Origin: Octopus bimaculoides
Taxonomy: Eukaryota
Reading direction: 5' to 3'
Length of the DNA: 63,427 nt
Assembly: GCF_001194135.2 (NCBI RefSeq)
Contig: NC_068984.1
Span: forward strand, 111,273,665-111,337,091
This document shows, one piece after another, positions 39,843-52,348 of the stretch. Below the pieces are notes generated by a model. That model was not told the DNA's origin. It made no database searches and worked only from the letters and a program-made list of their open reading frames with translations. Both the position numbers and the translations under genes were made by a program. How positions within the stretch are numbered: the first letter of the stretch is position 1; the number at the start of each line of letters is the position of its first letter.

Positions 39843-40003
39843 TCTTAAAGAATTACTCTTTTACTCTTTTACTTGTTTCAGTCATTTGACTGCGGCCATG
39901 CTGGAGCACCACCTTTAGTCGAACAAATCGACCCCAGGACTTATTCTTTGTAAGCCTAGTACTTATTCTATCGGTCTCTTTTTGCCGGACCGCTAAGTTA
40001 CGG
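39843..40003 (-). mobile_element. 3' half of a family C SINE
   Basis: ccgtaacttagcggtccggcaaaaagagaccgatag...aaacaagtaaaagagtaaaagagta. Confidence 0.9.
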
Positions 40004-40014
40004 GTAAGTGTGGG

Positions 40015-40099
40015 ATGCTTACAGCACCTAGGTTTCCCAAGCGGTCATCCATCTAGGCTCAATGTTGCTTAACTTCGGTGATCGGACGAGAACCGGTGC
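40015..40099 (-). pseudogene. 5S rRNA: 5S rRNA-derived sequence, 5'-truncated with ~11-nt internal deletion
   Basis: Reverse complement GCACCGGTTCTCGTCCGATCACCGAAGTTAAGCAACATTGAGCCTAG-ATGGATGACCGCTTGGGAAACCTAGGTGCTGTAAGCAT. Confidence 0.9.
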
Positions 40100-40568
40100 T
40101 AGTCATACATAGAGTATGTCAGAATGAAAGGGCTGACTAGCAACAACCAAGTTTCAATTCTTAGTTGCTTTCAAATATAACCTTCAGTTGTCTCCTTCTC
40201 AGTGCACTCTATAAAAGGCATCTCTGATACTCACCCATTGATGGATATTTCTATCAGCTAAATGATCTGCTGTGTATTCTGTCACAATTATATCTAAACA
40301 TTAATGCATGGTTAAGAAGTGTGTGTTGTTAATGTATTAGTTTGGGGTTCAATTCCACAGTGTGGCACCTTGGGTAAATATCCTCTGCCCCAATGGTTCT
40401 TAAAATCACAAATACCATCTCCCATACCAACTTCCACCACCAAGTAGTGAATTATTTTTGCCCTTTACTTTTGTCTTATTAATTACATTTGTGTCCATAA
40501 AATTTATTTTCTTTGTCGTAATGTCAGACATGTTTAAAACGTTTGAAACTGTCAAATTTCATTAAATA

Positions 40569-40801
40569 CAGGGTTGACCAAAAGTCACCTGACAGTAAAT
40601 CAAAATCATTTAATTCTAAGATTTATTTATATTCAACAGTTGAATGAATTTAATAAAAGTATCTAAATATGAAAAATCATGAAAATTGCTCAAACTGAAG
40701 TCCTTCTTGAGTGACACATTTTTGCATTCAAGTCAATACAGAATTACAGATAGTATTTATGGAATTTTGATTTACTGTCAGGTAACTTTTGGCCAACCCT
40801 G
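40569..40801. mobile_element. Tc1-type MITE, ~38-bp TIRs, TA TSD
   Basis: CAGGGTTGACCAAAAGTCACCTGACAGTAAATCAAAAT / ATTTTGATTTACTGTCAGGTAACTTTTGGCCAACCCTG. Confidence 0.9.
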
Positions 40802-42562
40802 TATAATAACTTAACTGCTCGCCCTTTCAACTCTTTGAAGCCTCTCCTCACCCACCATCCTTTCATTCTTTACAAGAAAAACTGTTCAACCAAAGCCTCA
40901 AGCTGACCAAAGTCATTTGAGCTGTATTTGACAGACAATAACTGTGTGGAAAACTATCGGTTGGGTTGTTCCTAGTTTAGAGTTGTGGATACAGTCTACA
41001 ACCCTGTCTACGACCAAGTTCAGTGCCTTGGTCCCCTGTATCAGATTTCTCTCTATAACTCTTTAGCATTTAAACTGGCCATATCTGGCCTCAAATTTTC
41101 CACCTGTTTTAAATTCAAACTGGCCAGATCTTGCTTCGCACACCCACCTAACAATGTCATTGCAAAAAGATCAACAATCACATGATAGAAACCTCAAAGC
41201 TGTGAGATAAACCCGAATTAATTCAAATCAATGTGAATGAATATATATTACATTCGACTGAGCAATCTGAATGCTGAAGGGATAACAAGCAATCAGGTTA
41301 AGTCACCAGCCTAAGGATAAGTTTCTTCTGTCTTCTCATCAGCCTGGAGGCCTTTAAAAAGGTTGGAGCGTTACACTTTTTCCTTTGATTAAGATATTAA
41401 AAATATGAAATAAAAAAATGTATCATTTCATTTTGTTATTGAGTGTAGAGGTGGGGATATACATGTCGACTAATCTTTACATACATATGTATCAATGTTT
41501 TTTGCAGCTGTATATTTTGTTCATTACCATCTTCATCATCTCACCATCAAACAGCAGGGAAGATATAAGCAGTATGATATTTGCCAGATTGAAGTTTGAC
41601 AACGTTTACATTTAATGGGATACTATGAAGTGGATGAGATCATTTCCGCATATTACTTCACTAACCTTGAATATGGAAAGAAAAATGAGGTAGTAAAAAG
41701 GAGAGAGAAAGAGAGAGAGAAAGGGGATGAGGGAGAGAGAAATAGGAAGAGAAAGAGAGAGAAACATGAAGAAGAAAACCATAGAGATGAAGGAGAATAT
41801 AACATAATTTCGGTATCCAACTGCACAAACATGCACACATAAATATATTTGCACATGTTCCTATATAATAGGCATTATCATAAAGTTATTTATCAAAATA
41901 TAATGGCAATAATTCAATGAGGAAACAATTAGCTAATGTGATTGATTCTAGGTTTATTGCTGCCCCTTAAAGGAGGAAATTCTGCAATTTCCCTCAAACA
42001 GTATTTTGAAATGTTCACTTCATTCACCTCTACACCCATCTCTAACCACCTGTCACTCCCCATTCACATTCTAACGATCTTATCCACCCATCCTTCTCAA
42101 TTCTTTGTCTGTATTATGTCTTATAAATCACCTTTCTGCATTTTGTGAGTACAGTTCTGACACTTCGACACTACCATCATCGTTTTATTTCCTGCTATTC
42201 CCACCCATCCTTATAGAAAGAAGAGTAGCCTTGTATCTCCTCTGCAGCAAGATACTTGTTCCTGATCCTCCATCATACTTCAGTCTCTCAACACCTGGCA
42301 TAAAACCACCTTCCTCTCCACTACAACCCTCTTAGTTGAAGGATCTTTTCTTTGCCTTGGGAATTACTTGGCAGCCCTACCAGTGCTTGTGTCACAAAAA
42401 GAACAGCCAGTACACTCTGTAGATTGATTAGCATTAGGAAGGGCAACCAGCCATAGAAACCATGATAAAGTAGACACGGGTGCTTGATACAGTCCTCTTG
42501 TCATACAGTTCATCTCATACCAGCTGGTGATGATGGTGATGAAAATGCTTAATGACTCATTT

Positions 42563-42794
42563 TTTATTTCTTTATTGCCCACAAGGGGCTAAACATAGAG
42601 GGAACAAACAAGGACAGACAAAGGGATTAAGTCAATTACCTTAACCCCAGTGCGTAACTGGTACTTAATTTATCGATCCCGAAAGGATGAAAGGCAAAGT
42701 CGACCTCAGCGGAATTTGAACTCAGAGCATAACAGCAGACGAAATACCACGAAGTATTTCACCCTGTGTGCTAACGTTTCTGCCAGCTCACCGC
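42563..42794 (-). mobile_element. Full-length family B SINE with a perfect 15-bp TSD
   Basis: cttaatgactcattt at 42548-42562 and 42795-42809. Confidence 0.9.
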
Positions 42795-43244
42795 CTTAAT
42801 GACTCATTTCTCTCTTATCAATATAAAGATACAGAACTTAGACATATGGCATGGCTATGTGGGTAAGAAGTTCACTTGTCAACCTCATAGTTTCAGGTTC
42901 AGTCCCATTATATGGTACTATGCGCGAAGATGTACTGCTATAGATCTTCTGTTAACTGAATCCACTGAAACTGAAAGAAGCCTGTTATGTGTGTGTGTGT
43001 GTGTGTTGATGGTTGCTTGCAAGCTTGTGTCTCTTTGTTTACAGATCATGTGGTAGTTGTACATAAGAGTCACTGTCATGCATGTAGTGCCCTTCATTTC
43101 CAGTCTTCTATAAAAGAAAAAAATATATATATATCTGGCCATGGGGAAATATGACCCTGTTTGGAAACAGGTGAGGGAGGGTTGGTGACACTAGGGAGAT
43201 CAGGGCATAAAATGTCTGCCTCAATGAAATTCAGGGAAAAGTGA

Positions 43245-43830
43245 GAAATAATGATGATGATAATGATGATGTTGAGGTTCATGAGGGCAACAACATTGAT
43301 GATGTTGGTGAGGATGACGGTGATCATGATGGCGATGACGATGATGACAACAGTGATAGTGACAATGATGTCAACAATGACAATGATGATGATGACAATG
43401 GTGACCTTGAGGATTATGAGGACAACAGTATCGATGATGTTGATGAGGATGATGGTGATGATAATTATGTTTATGATCATGATCATGATGGTGATGATGA
43501 TGATGATGTGATGATAGTGAAGGGGATAATGATGATGACGATAACGATGACAATAACCATGAGACAAGGATGATGGTAGCAATGATGACAACATTGATGG
43601 TAATGAAGATGACAGTGGTGGTGGTGGTGGTGGTGGTGGTGGTAGTGGTTGTGGTGGTGGCGACGGCGGCGGCGGCTGCGATGGTGGTGGTGGTGGTGGT
43701 GGTGGTGGTGGTGCTGCTGCTGCTGCTGCTGCTGCTGACACAGACAGTGATCACGGCTGCAGCAGCAATGATGGCAGTGCCGATATTCATGATGACGATA
43801 AAGATGACAATAGGTCAACAATGATGATGA
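43245..43830. repeat. (GAT)/(GGT)/(GCT) compound trinucleotide repeat
   Basis: Direct inspection. Confidence 0.9.
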
Positions 43831-44369
43831 TGATAAATAATTCAAATGTCAATAATTGTGCATCAACTACCAGATACTATAACTGCTTCCATGCAATATT
43901 ATCATCATCATCATTATTATTATTATTATTTAAAATATAAAGGAAACTTAGAGCTTGTTCAAGCTTTCCATTTTATTGCTTTCTCCCCATAAAAATCATA
44001 ATAATTTGAACACCCAAGAATTATTAACAACAGACATAATAGGATTATTTATTCATTTATATATATATTTATTTATTTATTTTCCAATGCAGTCTGTGAA
44101 AAATGGTATCAAGGGTCATAGGTTTCCACTGGATCAATCAATGGTTCAGTAAAGTTCTGATGGCGAGAGTAACCAGAAGGGATGGTCACTAGTGTTGTTC
44201 TTTTTCTTTGCCTTTGTTTTTCAGCTTCTTTTTGTCAATGGTTATACTCTTCGCTGATGTATATCAGTGAACAATATATCCATACATCTATACACATATG
44301 GATATGTGTGAATTAATACAAGTATATGTACATACATATATATATATGTGTGTGTGTGTGTGTCTGTTA

Positions 44370-44430
<61 letters not shown>

Positions 44431-44471
44431 CATATGAATGTGTGTGTGAGTGTGTGCATGTATGTATATAT

Positions 44472-44918
44472 ATCATTCATCATTTTGAATCCAGGTTTTG
44501 TCTCCATTAACAGAGGTGGCCAGATCTACCTCAATGCCATAGCAACCACCCTCACACCATCTCGCCATCTTGCCTGGTTTTGGGCATCCTCCCTTCTCAA
44601 GCCAACCCTCTCGATCTCCTCCTCCGCATTTTCCTCAGTCTACCTCGCATTCGCTTGTCCATTTACCTCAAACTCTAGCACCATCTTCCGAACATGCTCC
44701 TCGTACCTCCACAATATATGCTCATACCACTGCACACCATTCACCCTTGCCAACCATTCCAATGATTCCTCCAACCCCATCATCCCCATCAAGTCCTCAG
44801 TCCTCCTCTTATCAAACAGCCTCACGCCACACATTTCTCTCACCATTGCTCCCTCAGTCCTTCTCAAAATTGCCATCTCTCTTACCCTTAAACACCATGT
44901 CGCACTCTCATACAACAT
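44472..44918 (-). mobile_element. RTE-clade LINE 3' end
   Basis: MLYESATWCLRVREMAILRRTEGAMVREMCGV...LARVNGVQWYEHIL; short (GAT)-like tail. Confidence 0.85.
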
Positions 44919-45804
44919 ATATATATATATATATATAGATATAGATAGATAGATAGATAGATAAACATTAGTGTGTGTGCGTGGTGTATATGTATGAAGG
45001 CAGATATTGCTGACAGAGTTCAGTGTGACTATACTAATATATATCACCTTGGGTAAGCGTCTTTAATTAAAGCATGAGGCTGACCAAAACCTGACAAGTG
45101 GATATGCCTACAGAAAATTGTTATCTATTTATCTATCTATCTATCTATCTATTTATTTAACTATCTGTTTGTCTGTCTGTCTATCTTTTATTTAAATATA
45201 CACCCTTCATTTTTTAAGACTGTATTAAGTAATCTTTCAGAAAGACTTTCATATATATATGTATGTGTGTGTGTATAAATGTATGTGTATTTTTTCAATG
45301 TGTACATATAACACAGCAAAAATAAAAGAAATAGTTACCAGGGTAGCAAAAATTCACATAAGTGCCAAGGATGTGACAGCCTACTTATAAAGGTAGAAAT
45401 TCCAGGGTTAAGTGAAATGTTTTCGTATAACATAGATCAATTAAGAAATGGGGTCAAACACAGGTGCTCACTTTGGCATGGTTTCGACTGCTCGATACCC
45501 TTCCTAATGCCAACCACTTTACAGTGGGGACCGGGTATGTTTTCATCCCACCAGCGCTAGTGAAGCCACCACATAGCTTGCAAGCCAACAAACCCAGTAA
45601 GGGAAGGTACTGCCTTCATATCATAGATGTAGGTTAAGATATGAGGGAAGAGGCTAGTGTAGAGCAGGTTCTTGTGGAGGAGCTACATAGCTATTCACAT
45701 TTAGGATATATCGTCCAGCAGGGGAACACGTACGCCATTGAAACTGGGAAACCGGGCCCATGAGCCTGGCTAGGCTTTAAAAAGGCGCATTTATTTATTA
45801 TTAC

Positions 45805-45857
<53 letters not shown>

Positions 45858-45883
45858 AATTCTTATTTTATGACGTGCATATA

Positions 45884-46693
45884 CAGAATGTCCCAAAAGT
45901 AACTGATGGATTTCAATTTTTAATAACTTCCTTAACATTACAAATAAATTTTGATACTATATAAGGGATATAATGGAAATTAATAGGCATGAGTCAAATT
46001 TTGCACCACTACTACATCAAATATGAAAAATGACATCGTTTAAATGGCAGTCATTTGCAGCCGTGCACCCCTGTGCACTTTCCAAAACTTGCACTATAAC
46101 ACCATCGAGAGTTTCAGACCCCACTTCTGTGATTTCTCTATTGATGTTCTCCTTCAGTTGCGCCAGGGTCTCTGGTTTGTTGATGTAAACCCTGTCTTTC
46201 AAGTATCCCCACAAGAAAAAATCCTGTCTAGTCAAGTCTGGGAAATGGGAAGGCCATTCAAAGTAGACCTCACACATGGTTCCAGTAAGGTGGGGCAACA
46301 ATGCAGTTGCTACGGCAGTGTTTTGGAAAGAGAATAAACTCCCATTATGGCAATGTCAACTGGCCTTCACGTTCCCCAGACTTGACTAACCTGGCTGTTT
46401 CATTGTGGGGAGACCTGAAAGAGAGAGTTTATGTCAACAAACTGGAGACCCTGGTGCAACTGAAGGAAAACATCAATAGAGAAATCAGAGAAGTGCGGTC
46501 TGAAACTTTTGAGGGTGTTATGGTGCATGTTTTAGAAAGAGCTTGGGTGTGCAAAACCAAAAATGGCTGCCATTTAAGTGATGTCATTTTCCATATGTGA
46601 TGTAGTGGCGTATTAATTTCCATTATGTCCTTTATATTGTATCAAATGTTCATGCATTTCTTTGGAAAGTTAAGGAATTTATTAAAAATTGAA
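45884..46693. mobile_element. Tc1-like foldback: two inverted transposase 3' ends; right TIR lost in the gap
   Basis: WPSHFPDLTRQDFFLWGYLKDRVY (minus) and WPSRSPDLTNLAVSLWGDLKERVY (plus); TA-CAGAATGTCCCAAAAG left end. Confidence 0.85.
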
Positions 46694-47835
46694 NNNNNNN
46701 NNNNNNNNNNNNNNNNNNNNNNNNNNNNNNNNNNNNNNNNNNNNNNNNNNNNNNNNNNNNNNNNNNNNNNNNNNNNNNNNNNNNNNNNNNNNNNNNNNNN
46801 NNNNNNNNNNNNNNNNNNNNNNNNNNNNNNNNNNNNNNNNNNNNNNNNNNNNNNNNNNNNNNNNNNNNNNNNNNNNNNNNNNNNNNNNNNNNNNNNNNNN
46901 NNNNNNNNNNNNNNNNNNNNNNNNNNNNNNNNNNNNNNNNNNNNNNNNNNNNNNNNNNNNNNNNNNNNNNNNNNNNNNNNNNNNNNNNNNNNNNNNNNNN
47001 NNNNNNNNTATACAAAATTTACTCTTCTGCTCATTTTTGCACACAAGTATGTAGGAATATTGTATAAAAATCAAAAACAGTTCATTATGCTACTTTAACC
47101 ATTATTCGACGTGACACCCCCAGATCACCATAATAAGACATACCATATAGCTACTTAGTGTTAAAGCTTTTTATCATGTCACAGCTTCTATAACGCTAAC
47201 AGTTTTGCTGTAGTTGTTGCTTTTGTTGGTGTTGTTGCTGTTATTATTACAGGTCCAAGTGTACAGAAAGATATTAATCCTAAAATAAAAATAAATAAAC
47301 AAATAATTATATTAATAATATGAAATAAACAACAATATAAATAAATAAACAGATAAATAATAAACGACTAGAATCTTGAAAGCATTCTGTTTAGGAAGAG
47401 TAATTAAAAGCAAAAATAAATTCCTGAAATGTTTTAAGTTTTAAACCTTTCGTAGACATTCCTTGAATTTAAAGGGAAACATAAGAATTACAGAGAGAGA
47501 CAGAGAGACAGAGAAAAGGGAAGAAGAGAAGGAATGTGAGAGAAAGAGAAAGGAGAAATGAGTGACAAGAACTTCACACTTTCTGAAAGCATATCCTTAT
47601 GAAGCATAAGAAATGGTTCTTAAAATATCAAGCGTATCTTGTTTAGAAGTGACCAGAAAATTCGCAAGTGTTTCATCAGTGTCCCTCTTCATGTTTTGAC
47701 CTCGTTCATTAGAAGCAGAATGTCTTGAATACTCATTAAAGCATACATGTATTTCATTATAGTAGCTAATCTGAGAATTCTCATAGAGATAGAGATAGAG
47801 TTGTGTGTGTGTGTGTATATATATATATATAGACA

Positions 47836-48560
47836 CTCTTTTTACTCTTTTACTTGTTTCAGTCATTTGACAGCGGCCATGCTGGAGCACTGGAACTTAT
47901 TCTTTGTAAGCCCAGTACTTATTCTATCGATCTCTTTTGCCGAACCGCTAAGTGACGGGAACATAAACACACCAGCTTCGGTTGTCAAGTAATGCTAGGG
48001 GGACAAACACAGACACACAAACATGCACACACACACATATATATATATACACACACCCACGACGGGCTTCTTTCAGTTTCTGTCCACCAAATCCACTCAC
48101 AAGGCTTTGGTCGGCTCGAGGCTATAATAGAAGACACTTGCCCAAGATGCCACGCAGTGGGACTGAACCCGGAACCACGTGGTTGGTAAGCAAGCTACTT
48201 ACCACACAGCCACTCCTGCGCCTATATATATATATATATATGGGAGCACTCTGTCGGTTACAACAACAAGGGCCCCAGCTGATACGAACAACAGAACGGC
48301 TTGCTTGTGAAATTAACGTGCAAGTGGCTGAGCACTCCACAGACACATGCACCCTTAACGTAGTTATTAGGGAGATTCAGTGTGACACAGAGTGTGACAA
48401 GGCTGGCCTTTTGAGATGCAGGTACTACTCATTTTTGTCAGCTGAGTGAACTGGAGCAACATGAAATAAAGTGTTTTGCTCAAGGAGACAATGTGTCACT
48501 GGGAACTGAACTCACGACCTTACAATCGTGGGCCGAATTCCCTAACCACTGAGCCATGTG
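47836..48560 (-). mobile_element. Family C SINE (47836-48223) adjacent to a family D SINE (48241-48560)
   Basis: Match to other copies in the window. Confidence 0.85.
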
Positions 48561-48614
48561 TCTATATGCATGTGTGTGTGTATGTATGTGTATGTATGTA
48601 CGTATGTATATATA

Positions 48615-48664
<50 letters not shown>

Positions 48665-49349
48665 TAATAGATAGATAACTTCATTGATTGATAGATTGAT
48701 TGACTGATTGATAGATGGGTGGGTGATTGGTGGTTGTTGAAAAAAATTGATGGATGGAGAGATAAAAGGGATTTTCTTGCCATTTATGAAAAATCGCAAT
48801 TTTAGCCATGTTCAATCTCAATCATCTTCAATCCAATGTAGCCCACATATTATCTCCCTCACCTCTTTCATCCCTCTCCCCTCCACTCCACCCCTCTTTC
48901 TCCCTCTCCTCTCTCTTTTTCTGTATACTCTCAATCTCTCTCACACACACACACACATATATTAGAAAATTATCATAAAACTAACTACTGAAATTTAACA
49001 TTTCCAATGCATTTAATATGCATGTTTCAAGTGACTACATAACAAATTGTTACGTAATTATCATTCTCATCAGTCAGTTACAAATGAAATACATTAATAG
49101 AATCAGGTTTGCCTCTATATATAACAGTATAGGGAAAAAAGTAAAATCATGTTTTTATCTCATCAGATAAGTTTGCTTTTCCCTTCCAAAGAAGAATGCA
49201 AACTATTGATAAAATGCATTCCAGTCATGACCATCACGTTTTTCCTGTCTAAATTATGACACAGTTCTATATTTAAGAGATGAGGAATTATGTACATTAT
49301 TTACATTATTTACAATTGAGGGATATTTGTCCTCATCTTGTTTGCTGTT

Positions 49350-49395
49350 AGCACAACATTTCAGCTGATATACTCTCCAGCCTTCATCAGGTGTC
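49350..49395 (-). ncRNA. Hammerhead ribozyme-like motif, CpG-decayed copy
   Basis: GACAC-CTGATGA-A-GGCTG/loop/CAGCT-GAAA-TG-TT-GTGCT. Confidence 0.6.
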
Positions 49396-49830
49396 TTGGG
49401 GAATTTTCGAACCCGGGTTCTCATTCCTCAGGTATTTTTTTATGTTGGTGTTGTTGTTGTTATTCTTATTATTATTATTATTGATGGCACCTGTGACCAG
49501 CGTTACCTTCCTGGCACTTGTGCCAGTGGCATGTGTAAAGAAATTCGAGCGAGATCGTTGCCAGTGCCACTGGACTGGCTCCTGTGCAGGTGGCACATAA
49601 AATACACCATTTTGAGCATGGCCGTTGCCAGTACCGCCTGACTGGCCTTCGTGCCGGTGGCACGTAAAAGCACCTACAACACTCTTGGAGTGGCTGGCGT
49701 TAGGAAGGGCATCCAGCTGTAGAAACTCTGCCAAATCAGATTGGAGCCTGGTGTAGGCATCTGGTTCACCAGTCCTCAATCAAATCGTCCAACCCATGCT
49801 AGCATGGAAAGCAGACGTTAAACGATGATG

Positions 49831-49861
<31 letters not shown>

Positions 49862-49900
49862 TACTAGCTCCAAGATTCCAAGTTCAATTTCAAGCAGTGA

Positions 49901-49951
<51 letters not shown>

Positions 49952-50015
49952 CAACAACAACAGCAACATCGAAAAATACCTTAGGAATGAGAACCCAGGT
50001 TCAAAATTTCCCCAA

Positions 50016-50060
50016 GAGACCTGATGAAGGCTGGAGGTATATCAGCCGAAACGTTGTGTT
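50016..50060 (+). ncRNA. Minimal type-I hammerhead ribozyme-like motif
   Basis: GAGAC-CTGATGA-A-GGCTG/GAGGTATAT/CAGCC-GAAA-CG-TT-GTGTT. Confidence 0.7.
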
Positions 50061-51433
50061 AACAACAAACAAGATGAGGACAAATATCCGTCAATTGTAA
50101 ATAATGTAAATAATCTAAATTATGACATCCAATGTGTTTATGTTTTTCAATGATTAAAAAGTAAATTTGAGGAGTATATAGCTGTCATTTCTAACATGTC
50201 CATTGTCTTTATATAGACTCCCATATTGACACAAATTTCTATACATTCTTGTTAGATATGTATGTGTGCAAGTTAAAATAATGTTTCTCTTTTCAACAAA
50301 TGGATTACAATAAATATCCTTTCATTACTGGTATCAATGAGTGTCTCAATAATCAATTCCTCTTGATCTATTGTCAATTATCAATTATTATCACTCTGTT
50401 ATTGGAATCACATGAAAATTGATTAATAAAAAGTGATGACCATCTTCAGTCGATCCAGATAGTATCAAACATTTTAAGTGACCTCACCGCCACCACCACC
50501 ACCACCACTACCACTGCCATTACTGTTACTAATATTTTTGATTTTATGCAGTGAGAATTATTTTTTCCAGTTGCTACAAGTTTCTTTCTTTTAGAATGGA
50601 TATTTGAATAACCAACTCAAAGAATGACATTTTTTTTTTTTTCGATTTGGACTCACTTTTATTGAATCAATGAATACAACCTCTTCTTTGTTTCTTTATT
50701 TTGCTTTTTTTAAAACGAATTTTTTTTTTTCTCCTTTTCTCCCCAAATTCACAAATTCTGCCATCAGTCCATCAATACTGTTCATTCGATGGCTTCTTTT
50801 TATAAAACAATAACTATCTTTATCAATTTAAAAAAAAAAAAAAAGATTACATTAATGTTTTCATCTCTAAGACTGTGTACTGCCGAAGTCTTGGAGGCAA
50901 ATAATTCTTCCTTATACATCGGCACTTTCAAATCTCTAATGAAGCAAGTTCATTTAGTTCACTGTGTGTTATCCAGTGCAATTATGTAAAATTATTAATG
51001 AAATCATCATCTATTTACAAGTTGAAGACTCAGAAGCTATACAAATCCTAACAGATATTACCATTATTGGTGCTAGCGAAAGTGGATATAGAAGTTCAGC
51101 AATGAATAATCTTGTACTTCAAGTTAAATGGCATGAAGTATAGAGCACTGTAGGGTACTAAACAGAAATTTTTCTTGGCGATATACACATGATAGTAATA
51201 GCAATGACTGACATGATTAGTTCATTCACTTGGAAATGTTACCAATTTAAAAAAAAAAAAAAAATTAAAAGACGTCTCCTTCTTTCTTGTATTCAATACT
51301 TGGTGCAGGGTACTGCTCAAATATTGCTACATCTGAGTGGGTACCCAGTAAATTTCCTAATCTCTGTTATGGAAGTTCAGATAAAGCTAAGAAGATATCG
51401 TCCTCTCTGTGATTACAAGACATCTGTCTTATG

Positions 51434-51858
51434 TACTCTTTTACTCTTTTACTTGTTTCATTCATTTGACTGTGGCCATGCTGGAGCACCGCCTTTAGTC
51501 GAGCAAATCGACCCCAGGACTTATTCTTTGTTAGCCTAGTACTTATTCTATCGGTCTCTTTTGCCGAACTGCTAAGTTATGGGGATGTAAACATACAAGC
51601 ATCGGTTGTCAAGCTGTGTTGGGGGGACAAACAAAGACACACAAACATATACACACACACATAAATATATATATAGATATATATACATATATACGACGGG
51701 CTTCTTTCAGTTTCCGTCTACCAAATCCAATCACAAGGCTTTGGTCGGCCTGAGGCTATAGTAGAAGACACTTGCCCAAGGTGCCACGCAGTGAGACTGA
51801 ACCCGGAACCATGTGGTTGGTAAGCAAACTACTTACCACACAGCCACTCCTACGCCTA
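51434..51858 (-). mobile_element. Young full-length family C SINE
   Basis: Complete head, internal (TA)(CA)n and (AAAAGAGT)-type tail. Confidence 0.9.
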
Positions 51859-51896
51859 TGTGGAAGTTATTCCTTAGTAAATATTAGGTTAGACAG

Positions 51897-52348
51897 TGGA
51901 GGTGTGTGGCTTAGTGGTTAGGGTGTTGGACTCATGATTGTAAGATTGTGGTTCCAATTCCTGGACCAGACGATGTGTTGTTTTCATGAGCAAAACACTT
52001 CATTCCATGTTGCTCCAGTTCACTCAGCTGTAGAAATGAGTACCACTAGTGAAGGCACGTCACTTACTGGTTAGGGTGTTGGACTCATGATTGTAAAATT
52101 GTGGTTCCAATTCCTGGACCAGACGATGTGTTGTTTTCTTAAGCAAAACACTTCATTCCATGTTGCTCCAGTTCACTCAGCTGTAGAAATGAGTACCACT
52201 AGTGAAGGCACGTCACTTACTGGTTAGGGTGTTGGATTCACAGCTGTAAGATTGTGGTTTCAATACCTGGACTGGGTGACCCATTGTGTTCTTGAGCAAG
52301 ACACTTCATTTTACGTTGCTCCAGTCCACTCAGCTGTAGAAATGAGAG
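51897..52348 (+). repeat. Tandem trimer of family D SINE heads, 153-bp period
   Basis: tggttagggtgttgga at 51915, 52068 and 52221. Confidence 0.9.

Larger units (their letters stand above)
49262..50113. mobile_element. Tail-out inverted pair of hammerhead-bearing elements with a 14-bp TSD and a nested family A copy
   Basis: tctaaattatgaca at 49248-49261 and 50114-50127; arms ~49262-49470 (minus) and ~49940-50113 (plus). Confidence 0.75.

Noticed and set aside
41496-41615. Candidate exon after tttttgcag
   Set aside because: No donor, stops in all frames within 40 codons, no recognisable product.
44093-44148. Candidate exon (ttttccaatgcag ... CA|gtaaag)
   Set aside because: Plausible splice sites, but the peptide is unrecognisable and I found no supporting partner exon.
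50875-50930. TGCCGA...TCGGCA stem as a pre-miRNA
   Set aside because: Too many internal mismatches by eye; no known seed recognised.
51897-51970. tRNA gene
   Set aside because: The tRNA-like head continues into a SINE body and has no closing acceptor stem; the same holds for all family C and D heads.
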